DNA of 64,000 nucleotides from Strigamia acuminata (Eukaryota): NCBI GenBank assembly GCA_949358305.1, contig OX442314.1, positions 25,730,001 to 25,794,000 of the forward strand, read 5' to 3'. Shown piece by piece: positions 52,810 to 64,000 of this stretch (position 1 is its first letter; each line of letters starts with the position of its first letter). The notes under the pieces were generated by a model. It saw only the letters and a program-made list of their open reading frames with translations, ran no database searches and was not told where the DNA came from. The position numbers and the translations under genes were made by a program.

Positions 52810-55800
52810 TGTTGAATCCGGAGTAATTATCAAACGAGGTTGAAACACAATTGAATCTTGTATTTAATTTGACGGTTGCTTTTGATTATACACTCGTGTT
52901 TAAGAACACTAATTTTGGTGATTACATTCGTTCGTTCGTTCGCAGAAGATACAGTTTATGTTTACATTTCGAGTTCGTTGTTAGTACTGAATTTTTATAA
53001 TATGGTTACCATTGTTTACACGTTTCATTTTTGCATTACAATAAGACAATGCTTGTACATAGTTTCGATTATTTCGCAATAAATATGAATTTATAATTAA
53101 TGTTTGCAATTAATCCGATTCAACATCTAACATCTCCCCAGAAATTTGATACATTTTAAATTTCTTTACGAGCACGTCGACGCCACTTTGCCGTGCTGGA
53201 CATCGGGTATGGTCGGTAAGCTTTTGTTCCGAGGTGACGCCTTGATCGTCGTATCCCAGCGTCCCAAAACGAACCACAGGGATCTTGTGCAGGTACAGCG
53301 TCGACGTTCGTCGGAGTATCCTGGGGTCGCGTTAACCGGGTCGCCAACCTGTCGAGCTCGGTCAATGTTTGGTCGACGTCTGCCGCTGGTCCAGGCGTCG
53401 GTTGATTGGTAACAATCGTCGGTTTCCTTCGTGTTCTAAGCGTCGGCACATCGTCGGGCGATGGCCTGATGAAACGTTTCCGCAAATGATTTATATGCTT
53501 TACATGTTCAATGTTGTCAATGCATAACTTGACCTGGTAACGAACTAAACCCATCTTTTGGGTGATAACACCCTCCTCCCACTTCCCAAGTGGTGAACGG
53601 GCCCAAACAAGGTCATCAACGTCGAAGGACCGATTTGGGTGACTTGTTAAGTTGTCCGAAATCTTGTAAGTCATAATTGCAGACGTGTGTGTCCTGGCTT
53701 TCCATCCAAGCATGAGCTCGGCCGGAGTTAATCCAGTATGTGCGGATGGCGTGTTGTGTTGGTGAAATAAAAACTTCATCAACCTGATCAATGTTGGCTC
53801 GATGGTCAACTTCTTCATTCCGTTTTTGAAGGTCTGCACGGCTCGTTCGGCCGGCCCGTTTGATTGGGCGTGATATGGCGGAGAAAATCTCTGCACGATA
53901 CCGTTGCTCAGGTAAAACGTCCGCATGTCGTCGGCTTGAAACGGTGATCCGTTGTCGGACACGACGACGTCGGGCAACCCGAAGGTCGCAAACCACCGCA
54001 TTAATTGAAGAATCGTGGCTGTTGCTGTCGTTGTTGACATTCGCGCGGCCTCTATCCAGTTGGAAAAGGTGTCGACTGATACGAGAAACTTCTCGCCGGC
54101 CAAATCCGCAAAATCGACGTGTAAACGGCTCCACGGCCGCACCGGAGTGGGCCACGAGATGGGGGTCTCCTTGGTCGGGAGGGCGCGAACTCGTTGGCAG
54201 TTGGGGCACGTCGCTACCTGTTGCTCGATTTCGTTGTCGATTTTCGGCCACCAGTAGGCAGCTCGGGCCAGTCGCTTCATGGCCACGATGCCTGGGTGTC
54301 CAAGGTGTAACTGGTTTAAAACACGTTGTCGCAGGACGGTCGGGGCGACTATTCGATGTCCGCGTAGAATCACACCGTCTACCACTGTCAGCTGGTCAGT
54401 GATTCTCGCAAAGTGATCCGGTAATTGCATGTGTTTGCCATTGGGCTGCACGCTGCACAATTCCAACAGCACCTGCAATAAAACAACATCGGCAGCTGTT
54501 TCTGTTTTCAGTTCGTCCCATGTGACTGGCATTTCGCCCGCTGACATAAAAAGCATTTCGCTTTTTGTTAGACTTTCCAAGTCTGAGACAGCTCCATGTT
54601 GCAAAGGCAGGCGACTCAGCGCATCTGCATTCAATTCCCTTACGATACTCAATCTCGTAATTAAACGAGCTGAGAAACAGCATCCACCGAAGCATCCGTA
54701 ATGGAACTACCTCGGGGATGGGCTTCTTTCGCCCAAACAATCCCAAAAGGGGTTTATGATCCGTAATAATGATGAAAGCGTACCCCATTAGATAGATGAT
54801 GAACTTTTTGATTCCAAAGATGACTGAGAGAGCTTCGCGGTCTAACTGGGAGTAGTTGCGTTCAGCAGAACTCATGGTTCTCGACGCATAAGCGACGGGT
54901 CGCTCGGCTCCATTTATGCGATGAGCCAGTACGGCTCCGACGCCGACGGGTGACGCGTCGACTGCCAAAACAATTTGGTGAGCCGGGTTAAACGGCATTA
55001 ACACGTTTGGTGACACAAGTTCGCGTTTTATACGCATAAAAGCCAACTCGTGTGCCTGGCTCCAAACCCATGTCTCACCTTTCTGGAGAAGGCGATACAA
55101 TGGTGACAATATAGTAGCCATGTTGGGTAAAAACATGGCGTAGAATGTCACCAGTCCAAGAAATGCACGCAACTCGTGCACACTGGTCGGTGACGGTGCT
55201 GCCATTATCGCCTCGACTTTAGCTTGTAAGGGAGAGATTCCTACGTCCGCTATGCGGAAGCCAAGAAAGTCGACAGCGACGGCCATAAAAATGCACTTAG
55301 GCTTGCAAAGCCTCAACCCAATTTTGCGAAAACGCAAAAATGCACGGCGAAGCAAATTAAGATGATCAGCTCGATTTTTCGACGGCAACAACATGTCGTC
55401 TTGATACGGCCTGACCTCATCGATGTCCCTGAACTCTTCCTCGATCATACGTTGGAATTCCCCCGCTGCCGTGATGATACCAAACGGCATGCGGGTAACT
55501 CGGAAAAGGCTTATGTGAGTATTAACCGCTACTAAATACGATGATTCGTCGTCCAACTGGCGCTGCTGATACGCTTGTTGGAGATCGACTTTCGAGAAAA
55601 TCTTTGCCTCGCCAATGGACGCCAGGATGTCCTGTATCTTGGGCAGCGGATATGGGTGTGGGTACAACGCTGCGTTGATAGTGGAGCGGTAGTCCCCACA
55701 AACGCGGATATTACCGTCTTTCTTTGGGACGATAACCAACGGCGTAGCCCACCTGCTGTACTTCGTTGGCACAAGTATACGCTGCTGTTGCAGCTCGAAA

Positions 55801-56388
55801 AGTGCTGTTTCCACCTTGGCTCGAAGAGCCATTGGTACCACTCTAGGTCTAAAAAACCTGGGTGGCACGGTGGCGTCCACCTCCAAATGGAGCGGGGGTC
55901 CGTTGTATAGACCAAGACCTGGCGTGAAAATATCAGCAAACTCATCCAGTAATGCTTCCAGTTCGTGGTCGGGGCCCAATTGATTAACTGCTTTAGCGAC
56001 CGGTGTGTGTAGTGATGCGGGTTCGCAAGTGCGCCCCAACTTCGCAAGGATGTTACGTCCAATGAGGCTTGGGCCACCGTTTTCGACCACGAGGAATGTA
56101 ACGTCCGCTGTCCTATTTGCTTCGACAATTTCTACTTCAATTTTCCCGTATACTTCGACGCGATGGCCGCTGTAAGTTCGCAACGTGTTGTGGGCATACC
56201 TCACGACTGGTGCGGTCATCGCATCGGGCCAAAGCAAGTTATACGTGTCGCGAGTCATCAGTGACTGTTCACATCCTGTATCCATTATCATCCTCACGGG
56301 TTTTCCGTTCAATGTCACAGCCAACTCAATTGGCGGAAATCGCTGGTCCAAGTCTGTAACCATGAAGACGTAATAGTCGTCAGGACTC
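52810..56388 (-). mobile_element. pol: 5'-truncated Ty3/gypsy element (Mag/K02A2.6-like pol) with 3' LTR 52810-53132
   Basis: PR IMDTG, RT YQDD, RH VDAS, IN HPG/CPNC/SDNG/AERAVQ; frameshift near 54640 splits pol in two ORFs; PPT GGGGAGA abuts the LTR (alternative LTR boundary 53125); gag and 5' LTR missing. Confidence 0.92.
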
Positions 56389-56681
56389 GTATAGTAAAAA
56401 TAAAAGTGGCAACCATTAGTTGCATTAGAAAATTTAATTCAAAATATAATCTGCCATTTTTAAATTGATTAATGGTATCTATTGTACATATTAGCAAAAA
56501 AATTACCTTTTTTCATTTTTATTTTTCCAGGCCAATGGCTGTATTTGCATTAAGTTCAATAGCACTTGCATGTTTGCTCACTTTCATTCAAATATTAGTA
56601 GACAGCAGTCACAACACACAAGTAAAACCACCGCCTGAAACGATAACCTTCCAAACCTTTGTATTTGCATTTGGAACTATA

Positions 56682-56886
56682 TGTTGGTTTTGAGTGCCCA
56701 GTCTTCACGCCAGGTGAACGTTTCACCTGCGCACCCACGACGTCCAGATGACGTACTTGGCGTAAACCAATCAGGGTTGAGCGCACCTGTATATAATGTG
56801 TTAGCAATTAGAATAAAGTTAGTCATTCCTGTTAAACCTAACCACGCGTCTTATCATTGTCCCAACCTTCGACACTAAAAACTACA
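56682..56886 (+). mobile_element. 205-bp solo LTR inside pseudogene exon 4
   Basis: TG...CA, 5-bp TSD CTATA, internal TATATAA then AATAAA; absent from the intact paralog. Confidence 0.9.
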
Positions 56887-57519
56887 CTATACTATTTGCA
56901 TTTGGTGGTGCAGCATTATTTCCAACAATTCAAAACGACATGAGAGATCGAAAACAATTCCCAAAGTCAATTCTCATCACTTTCATAAGTATAGTTCACT
57001 AAACTAATAACTCTTGTTTGAACTTTAACGTTTTGATTTCACGTAGATTGTGACCATCTAAACATCAGGTTGGCCTGAAAATGATAAAATGAAAAAAGAA
57101 AAGAAACTTTGCAAATATTATCATAGATAACAACAATGATGATAACATGATCCAGTAATTGCATTCAAAAATTCGTCTTTAAAGTGCTTGTATTTTTGAT
57201 TTTGTATTTTTTAACATCACAAGACAAAAACACAAACGACTAAAAAACTACTTTTTAGAATGCAGTTGTTGTTAAAGTGGAACAATTGTTGTCCTCGTAC
57301 GTCACAAACGCGACAATATTACGTTTTATCACTTTGAGGCTGACAGGTGTTTACTGTACTCGTACTTGTACACGACACAATGTTTTTGTGAGACCAAATC
57401 GGCTTCATACATTAATTACCGTATTTTACCGATTAAGAGTCGCCCTCGAATAGTAGCCGCAGCTGAGACACCAAGAATACCGTATTTTTGCAAAAGTACG
57501 GTATTGTTTCCGTATTTAA

Positions 57520-57961
57520 CCCTCAGAGGCATAAGGCTATAGGGATTTATGGACAAGCTCTTTCTTGAATAGGAAAACTTTTTGCTGAAAATTTGGGACT
57601 ATGTTTATGTGATAATAAACTAAATCTCAGGTGAAATTTGTCGTGATTGATCATTTATTTAATTAAATATTCAACTTGGAAATTTTCTGCCCCTTAAAAC
57701 TCCAGCAAAACTTTTAAGCTGGGCTTTGCTGCATTTGTAAACAGCGCTTCAGTGAACAGCTTTTCGCATTTACCAGTAGTAATTAAAACCACCTCCAGAT
57801 GGCTCAAATCTATTTATTTTTATTGTTTAGGCATTTCGCCCTCTATAAAATTAGTTTCGAACTAAAAACAATGGCGCTTTAGCCAATCGACTTAAAAATT
57901 GTCCATAAATCCGTAATGGCTTAAACCAGAACGGCACATTTTACCCTTATGCCTCCGAGGG
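57520..57961. mobile_element. piggyBac-type MITE
   Basis: TTAA|CCCTCAGAGGCATAAGG...CCTTATGCCTCCGAGGG|TTAA; empty TTAA site in the paralog near 29594. Confidence 0.92.
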
Positions 57962-59210
57962 TTAACCTCACAAACGTCGAACGTACGCTTTGTTCCTGAC
58001 GTTCAGACTTCGTTTGTTACATTAAAGAAATGTAACAAACGAAAAACCGAAATTGTGATTGCTGACAAAAATGGCAGTTTTGAATAAGAGCCGCGGCTCT
58101 AAGTCTAAAACATTTGTCCCGGTATTTCCAGTTTTTATGATTCTGCAGCTACTGACACTTAACCATTTATTAATTCTGTGCTTAATTTATTCATAAATTT
58201 CAGTATTACTAATTCTCTACACACCTGTGGCAGTGACGGGTTACTTTGTATTTGGATCTGCCGTCCGTCCTAATATAGTTGAAAACTTGACATCAGGAGT
58301 AACTACTAAAATTGTTCAAAGTTTACTCATTGTGCACATGTTTTTCGCTTTTATCATTGCATTAAACCCAGTCAGTCAGCAAATAGAAGAATTTCTAAAA
58401 ATATCTCAAAGTGCTTGTAAGTACAATATTTAAAAACATTTCATGTTATTTTTTTATGAATAAATTTATCAGTATTATTTTTTCAGATTTGAATTAGAGA
58501 AGATATTTACTACGGACATGTGTAGTACTACTTGTAATTTTTGTCGCTTTAAGCGTTCCGCATTTCGGCAATATATTGTCATTAATAGGCGGTTCATCAG
58601 TAACGATGCTCACATTCATTTTCCCATCATTATTCTACTTGAGATTATGCGGTCAGAAACATACAAACTGGCCTCCAATGTAAGAAATTTATGACGACAG
58701 ATAAGTGCGGTGTTTCATTAAAACTTTATGAATTATTTTCAGACCTGTGTCTTTGCACGAAAGAGTGTATTTATGGGAGTTGATCGCGATTGGTGTATTA
58801 GGGGGTATTGCGGCAACCTGGAGTGCCATTAAATCCATTGTTGAGTCATCGACATTCACTCAGCCATGCTATGTTAATCCCAATTTACAGTGTTACCTTG
58901 ACCCTAAAGACTGTTAATAGCAAATTATCCATAAGGTATAAATTATTGACTTAACACAACTAATTAACGAATTTAAAATCGAATTCAGTGTACCGAGCAT
59001 AAATAAATATCCAAATTACGTGAATAATTGAAAATCCTGACCTTTTTCATTGAAAAACTTGCCAACTCAGGTAAGAATCAAATATATTTATAGTCAATGC
59101 TGTGCGATGTTCACGCAGGCGCCATGTTGTTTGGATGCGGCCGGGCATCGGGCGAGACGGCGTAGTCAGATAATTCTGTTAAAGTTCGTAATGAGGATTA
59201 AATCAGAGTG

Positions 59211-59985
59211 TTATGACGGTCACGTATGCTTCCCTTCGATATAACGACAATTACACCAACAGATGGCGCTGATGTCAATAAGCGGCAAATTCGAATAGAA
59301 AAAACGCAACTTTTATGTGATTTCAAAGCAATAGGAACAAGTTTATCTTTATTTATGGAAAAAAGTATAGATATAAAACTATTGGTGACAACTCTTGCCA
59401 AGTTATCACCAAAACTAGGTTTAGGGATTAACTCCCCCTTGCACCTGCTCCAAGCTCGGACCCCCGCGGATTAAGTTGAAAGACTTAATCCAAAAGTGTT
59501 CCTCGCTATCCAGTTCCTGTCCCGACCTAGCAGAGAGCTATATTGACCACCTGGACTGAATATGTGTCCTGAGTATCCCATCACCTTGACCAGTGATTGG
59601 AGGGATTCAGGGGACCACTGCTCTCATTGGAGCAATGGTCAAGCTATTGTCCACCCCGAGTATAAACTTCCTCGCAACAGGAAGTCACTCGCTCTTGTCC
59701 TGAATATTGATACATATGAATTACTTGAGCCTTTCTACTACTTCGGTTGTCATGTTGATTGCGCAGTCAATGCCCCTTATACTGCGGGCCTATGACAACC
59801 TACATACGGCGTACACTTGACGTGGAGATGGGTGTTATGATGCCTCCATGTCCGGGTGCCCGATGACGGCCGTGTGGCCGCGAGGAGATTGTGTCCGGCG
59901 ATGGGTGATGAATACCGTCGGGCACTTTATTCAATCCACAGTGTTCCTCAATGCATGCGAGATGTAGTAAGCCACGGCTGCCGAA
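59211..59985 (+). mobile_element. Truncated LTR related to the 1589-bp LTR family
   Basis: Shares blocks with the reverse complement of 35425-37013: AGATGGCGCTGAT, ACTTAATCCAAAA, TATCCAGTTCCTGT, TGTCCTGAGTATCC, CCGAGTATA, CTCGCTCTTGT, CCGGCGATGG. Confidence 0.75.
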
Positions 59986-60321
59986 GATTCTGCAGCTACT
60001 GACACTTAACCATTTATTAATTCTGTGCTTAATTTATTCATAAATTTCAGTATTACTAATTCTCTACACACCTGTGGCAGTGACGGGTTACTTTGTATTT
60101 GGATCTGCCGTCCGTCCTAATATAGTTGAAAACTTGACATCAGGAGTAACTACTAAAATTGTCCAAAGTTTACTCATTGTGCACATGTTTTTCGCTTTTA
60201 TCATTGCATTAAACCCAGTCAGTCAGCAAATAGAAGAATTTCTAAAAATATCTCAAAGTGCTTGTAAGTACAATATTTAAAAACATTTCATGTTATTTTT
60301 TTATGAATAAATTTATCAGTA
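59986..60321 (+). pseudogene. Third copy of transporter exon 5 (60051-60263) with flanking intron
   Basis: Near-identical to 58139-58473. Confidence 0.9.
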
Positions 60322-60697
60322 GCTGCATTCAAAAATTAAAACATTTTGTGTTTTAGTTCAATTTTAAAACAGAAATGACATCATTTCCTTTCTATAAAAC
60401 TAAAATTGGTTAAAATACAAACTAAAATACAATTTCACTAAACTCTATTTTACTTCAATTTTAAGTGTAGTTATGTATTACATTTGCATACAAAGTTTTA
60501 TGAAAATTGAAGCAAAATTCAGTTAAAATTCAAGCACTCACAAATTAAAATGTTACCTGTAGTTATATGACATCACTTCACAACTTATCACATCACTTCC
60601 TGTTATATTTTAAATTTTTGTGCTACACACTCTTAAAACATAAATACAAAAATTTAGAATTTCAATTTCTGAAGAATTTTCATGAAAATAGATAACT

Positions 60698-63600
60698 TGT
60701 CACGTCGTAGTCGACTTTTTAACAATGGTTTCGGAAATTTGAGAATTTCCAGGGATTGTGATAACCAGAAAATTTAGGTTCGCAGGCGCTGCAACTCTTA
60801 AAACTTTGCCGGGGGTGGTAGCTAGGTTAAGACAGCGTCTATTCGTGAAATCTGTATTTTATGGGTGCAGGATTCAATTCGGGCGCCGTACAAAATGGCG
60901 AACGTTGATACTTTGAATTTAAGACCAAAATATCGCTCTTCACTAGGGAAAATGTCGTCATATGCTAGGCGTACTTACGAAGAGTATGTTTCTTCTCCTG
61001 GACACGCGCAAACGTTGGGTGAACGCGCAAACAGGTACCAAACCGCAGACAACGTCGTCGAACCGTCGATAATGAAATGAATACGCAATTGAGACGAGTA
61101 TGAGTTCAAAATGTCTAGGCTGAGGAGGAAGTCACAGTCGTGGCATAAAATGTATTGACGAATTAAGACCGTCGAATACGCCGTTTTTCCAGTAATTTGT
61201 ACGCAAATAATGGGCAAATAATAAATGTTGTGGTTAGATAGCCAACCATGAGAATTCGGGCTGCAATATGGCCGTATGCGTTGAGACGCAACATAAATCG
61301 CACTTGGAAATCTTCCAGTTGAGACAGAAGATGTTGACTAGTCGAAGGCGAAAATTATTCTCTCTGTCAAAAATGTCTTGACAGAACAAGTCACCTCTGA
61401 TCACATGTCAAAGGCCAAGCCAATTCCCAATGGGGACCGAGCAGAAAACAGGCAATCAGGGGTGAAATATGCAAATTTAGAGCGAGATTATATCAACTTA
61501 TTGCAGAATTCTCATGAATTGTCTGGATGGGATGATTAAAACCAGGCCAAATTAAAGATAAATATCAAAAACAAGGAAAATAAAATAAAATAAAATAATA
61601 AATTTAGATTTGGGAAAAATAAAATAATTTAGGGAAACTAGAACAATTTCTCAATAAGATTGGGGAAAATTTAAAGGAAAGGCGCAAAATGCGCTTAAAA
61701 TTTTGAAAATTATTACTGTCTAAAGTCAGGACCGTGACATTCCCCCCCACCTAGATGTTTATTATATGGTTTTTATATAATCAACATCTAAATGGAGTTA
61801 ACAAACATGATCGATAAAAATTTGAACATATAAATAAATAAAAATAATGAATCAACAATAGCAATCTCACTTATGAACACAAAACAAAGGTAGGGATTTA
61901 TTTAGACAGACGCAACAGACGCACAACTTGGCGCAATTACAGACAAGAATAAACAAACACAAACAAATGGGTTTAGGAGAGGAATATTGTAAAAAATCGT
62001 TTGATTAAAAATTAACAGAATCAATAGACGTTTAGGCGCTAATTACGACTAAATTCTAAATAATAAAATTTGTTAAATTATTTGACAACACTTGAAACTA
62101 ACAATGATATTTTTTGTTATGACTAGATAGTAAAATAATTTAAGATTAATTAACAATGCCTATGGGTGGCAAAATTTCTATAAAAATGTAAATCATTAGC
62201 AAATAAAAATATTGATTAGGCGCTGATTTGGCGTCAATTATCATAATATAAGGATAGCAAAATTTCAATGATCACAAATGGTTAATAAAAATGATTAGCA
62301 AAAATGATTAGTAAAATATAAATATCAAAAAATAAAAAGTTCGCAAACGAATATTATCTTCTTTCGCAGGCGTTTGAATTTTCACGGAACTTAACGTAAA
62401 AACTTCATCGAGGCGCACAACAATCACATTTTAAACAATTATAACACTTATTGTTTGTATCACAATTATCACAAAAAGGTCCACACACACAACAGTTCGT
62501 ATATGGGTTTTAAAATGAAAAGGCGCAAAGTCACTTGTAGGTTTGAAGGTTAATTTCAGGAGTTCCGACTCTAAAATGCAGACGCGCCCTGACCGTCCAT
62601 CGCATAATAGACCAGTCTAAGCGCTGTTTTCACAAGGATCACTCTCACCTGTTGTTTAGAAGTCGCGTAACACTTCCGGCTAATCCTGTTCACTCGATAA
62701 AGGAAATGTACGACGTAGTATTGTTTAATAATGGACAACAACTTTTCGCCCGCGCTGTGGTCAAGTTGCAAGTCCGAAAAGATGATCGTCTCGAAAAGGC
62801 GCGTCAGAATACTCCAATCCACGACCAATTCGATTTTGGGCTCCCACGGCAATGAGTAGAAAATATCATCAATCGGAATAATCTCCTCCATGATCGCAAG
62901 GGCGCAGGTGGGCTCCTCCAAACGCTTTTCTTTGGGTTTCGGGTTGACTGGCTCACGTAAACTTTCACGCGTGACAACCTCGCCTTGGTCGTCGTCGCTT
63001 TCCTTCGGTGGTGTTAAAATCATCTTGGGCATCCTTGACATCAGCGGCGATCGACGTCCAGCTTTTGCACCGCCCCGTCCAACTCCAGGAAGTCTGAAAG
63101 GCTCGTCGGCGTGAATTACCTCAATTTTGTTATGTTCCCGCGCCGCCAGGAATGCCTTGTGGTTTTCCTCGTCGCCCGTTGACTCGCGAAGCGACTCGAC
63201 ATCCGACATCGAATAATCCACATCCGACGATAATTCCGAGGCGAGTATTCCTGTGTCCGCCACGATTACGGGGTCGTATCGGAATGAATATTTGGTTCGG
63301 GGATCTGCCAATTTCGGATTTTCGGCAATTGCGTCCTCAAACTGTTGCACCAATTTTTCAGGCGCTAATTCGATGAGAATCTTTTCTGAAAAGTTCTTGA
63401 TTTCATCCTCCGTCATGATCAACTCCGGGTCCAGCGGTGGTTTAGCGGGCGCATTTTTCTCGTCCTCAAGTCTCTGGGCCTCCTTGAGCGCGTCGGCCTC
63501 TCGAAATCGTTTGACGGCGTCGCGACGACTCTGATGCATTTGGGTGATGATCTCTTCTAAATTAAAGTGCACAGCGTGCACAATGAGGTGCTGTACCGCG

Positions 63601-64000
63601 TGTTTGTCTCCGGTACAGTCTTTTGTCATTTTTGCTTCAATTTCCTTCGCGATGTTTCCGAGGCGTCCGAAAATCGTTCCGACGACCGTCTTGAAGTCTG
63701 AGGCGCTAACGTTGAAATCCAGGTTAATCGACATCTTGAAAAGTTCTTTCCATCCCTCAGATCTCAGGTTGATACGTCCTTGGCCCCTGTTCTCCATGGG
63801 GTACAGAATCTCAAGCTCATGGCGCCGGAATATTTCGGACATCTGAGTGAAAATACGGTCTGGGCGCATCGTACATCCATTTCGGTCGAATCCCTGGAGA
63901 TAACGTGGCTTCAGAGATGCGCATCCCTCCGACGACGTCGATCCGCTCGAGACCGCTGAAATGGCTTTAGCAATTGGATTCGAGATCTTGCTTTCCAATT
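60698..64000 (-). mobile_element. 3' end of a further LTR retrotransposon (3' LTR 60698-61739)
   Basis: TGTCACG...CGTGACA 1042-bp LTR; PPT GTGGGGGGGAA at 61750-61740; element continues beyond the window so TSD and pol cannot be confirmed. Confidence 0.75.
62571..63998 (-). CDS. Orphan ORF (>=475 aa, probably 5'-incomplete) upstream of 3' LTR
   Basis: Long GC-richer open frame running to the window edge (track start is TTG); no integrase or env motifs recognised. Confidence 0.65.
   Translation of the reverse strand: MESKISNPIAKAISAVSSGSTSSEGCASLKPRYLQGFDRNGCTMRPDRIFTQMSEIFRRHELEILYPMENRGQGRINLRSEGWKELFKMSINLDFNVSASDFKTVVGTIFGRLGNIAKEIEAKMTKDCTGDKHAVQHLIVHAVHFNLEEIITQMHQSRRDAVKRFREADALKEAQRLEDEKNAPAKPPLDPELIMTEDEIKNFSEKILIELAPEKLVQQFEDAIAENPKLADPRTKYSFRYDPVIVADTGILASELSSDVDYSMSDVESLRESTGDEENHKAFLAAREHNKIEVIHADEPFRLPGVGRGGAKAGRRSPLMSRMPKMILTPPKESDDDQGEVVTRESLREPVNPKPKEKRLEEPTCALAIMEEIIPIDDIFYSLPWEPKIELVVDWSILTRLFETIIFSDLQLDHSAGEKLLSIIKQYYVVHFLYRVNRISRKCYATSKQQVRVILVKTALRLVYYAMDGQGASAF

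Larger units (their letters stand above)
52200..58917 (+). pseudogene. Disrupted duplicate of the amino-acid transporter gene
   Basis: Homology to 26219-30842 spans 51254-59210. Exon 1 absent; exon 2 52200-52368; exon 3 deleted; exon 4 56531-56988 split by a solo LTR; exon 5 58204-58416; exon 6 58487-58679 with TGG>TAG at 58495; exon 7 58743-58917. Confidence 0.93.

Noticed and set aside
53616..56128. Alternative-frame ORFs of 180-211 aa overlapping the truncated pol
   Set aside because: Expected shadow frames of GC-rich pol sequence; no motifs

Overview
AT-rich eukaryotic (invertebrate, probably arthropod; inferred from ~50-70 nt GT-AG introns and gene content) genomic window with no prokaryotic features. 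It holds three tandem intact CYP2-clan cytochrome P450 genes (257-24122, +) and an intact 7-exon AAAP/Aa_trans amino-acid transporter gene (25939-30545, +) with a broken direct duplicate (52200-58917) and further fragments. A ~2-kb-arm inverted duplication centred near 33880 carries two divergent copies of a spliced 79-aa secreted knottin (ICK) toxin-like prepropeptide gene that the ORF track misses. Four Ty3/gypsy LTR elements lie on the - strand: (i) a Gag-only LTR-gag-LTR-gag-LTR dimer in a P450 intron, (ii) a complete 14-kb element with -1 frameshifted gag-pol and a non-env, Cys-rich, apparently spliced third ORF inside a knottin intron, (iii) a truncated Mag/K02A2.6-like pol, and (iv) the 3' end of another element with an unrelated orphan ORF in the env position. 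Many MITEs (piggyBac-, pogo/Tc1-, P-like, foldback) and solo LTRs are also present. Exon and repeat coordinates were derived by hand and no database searches were run.
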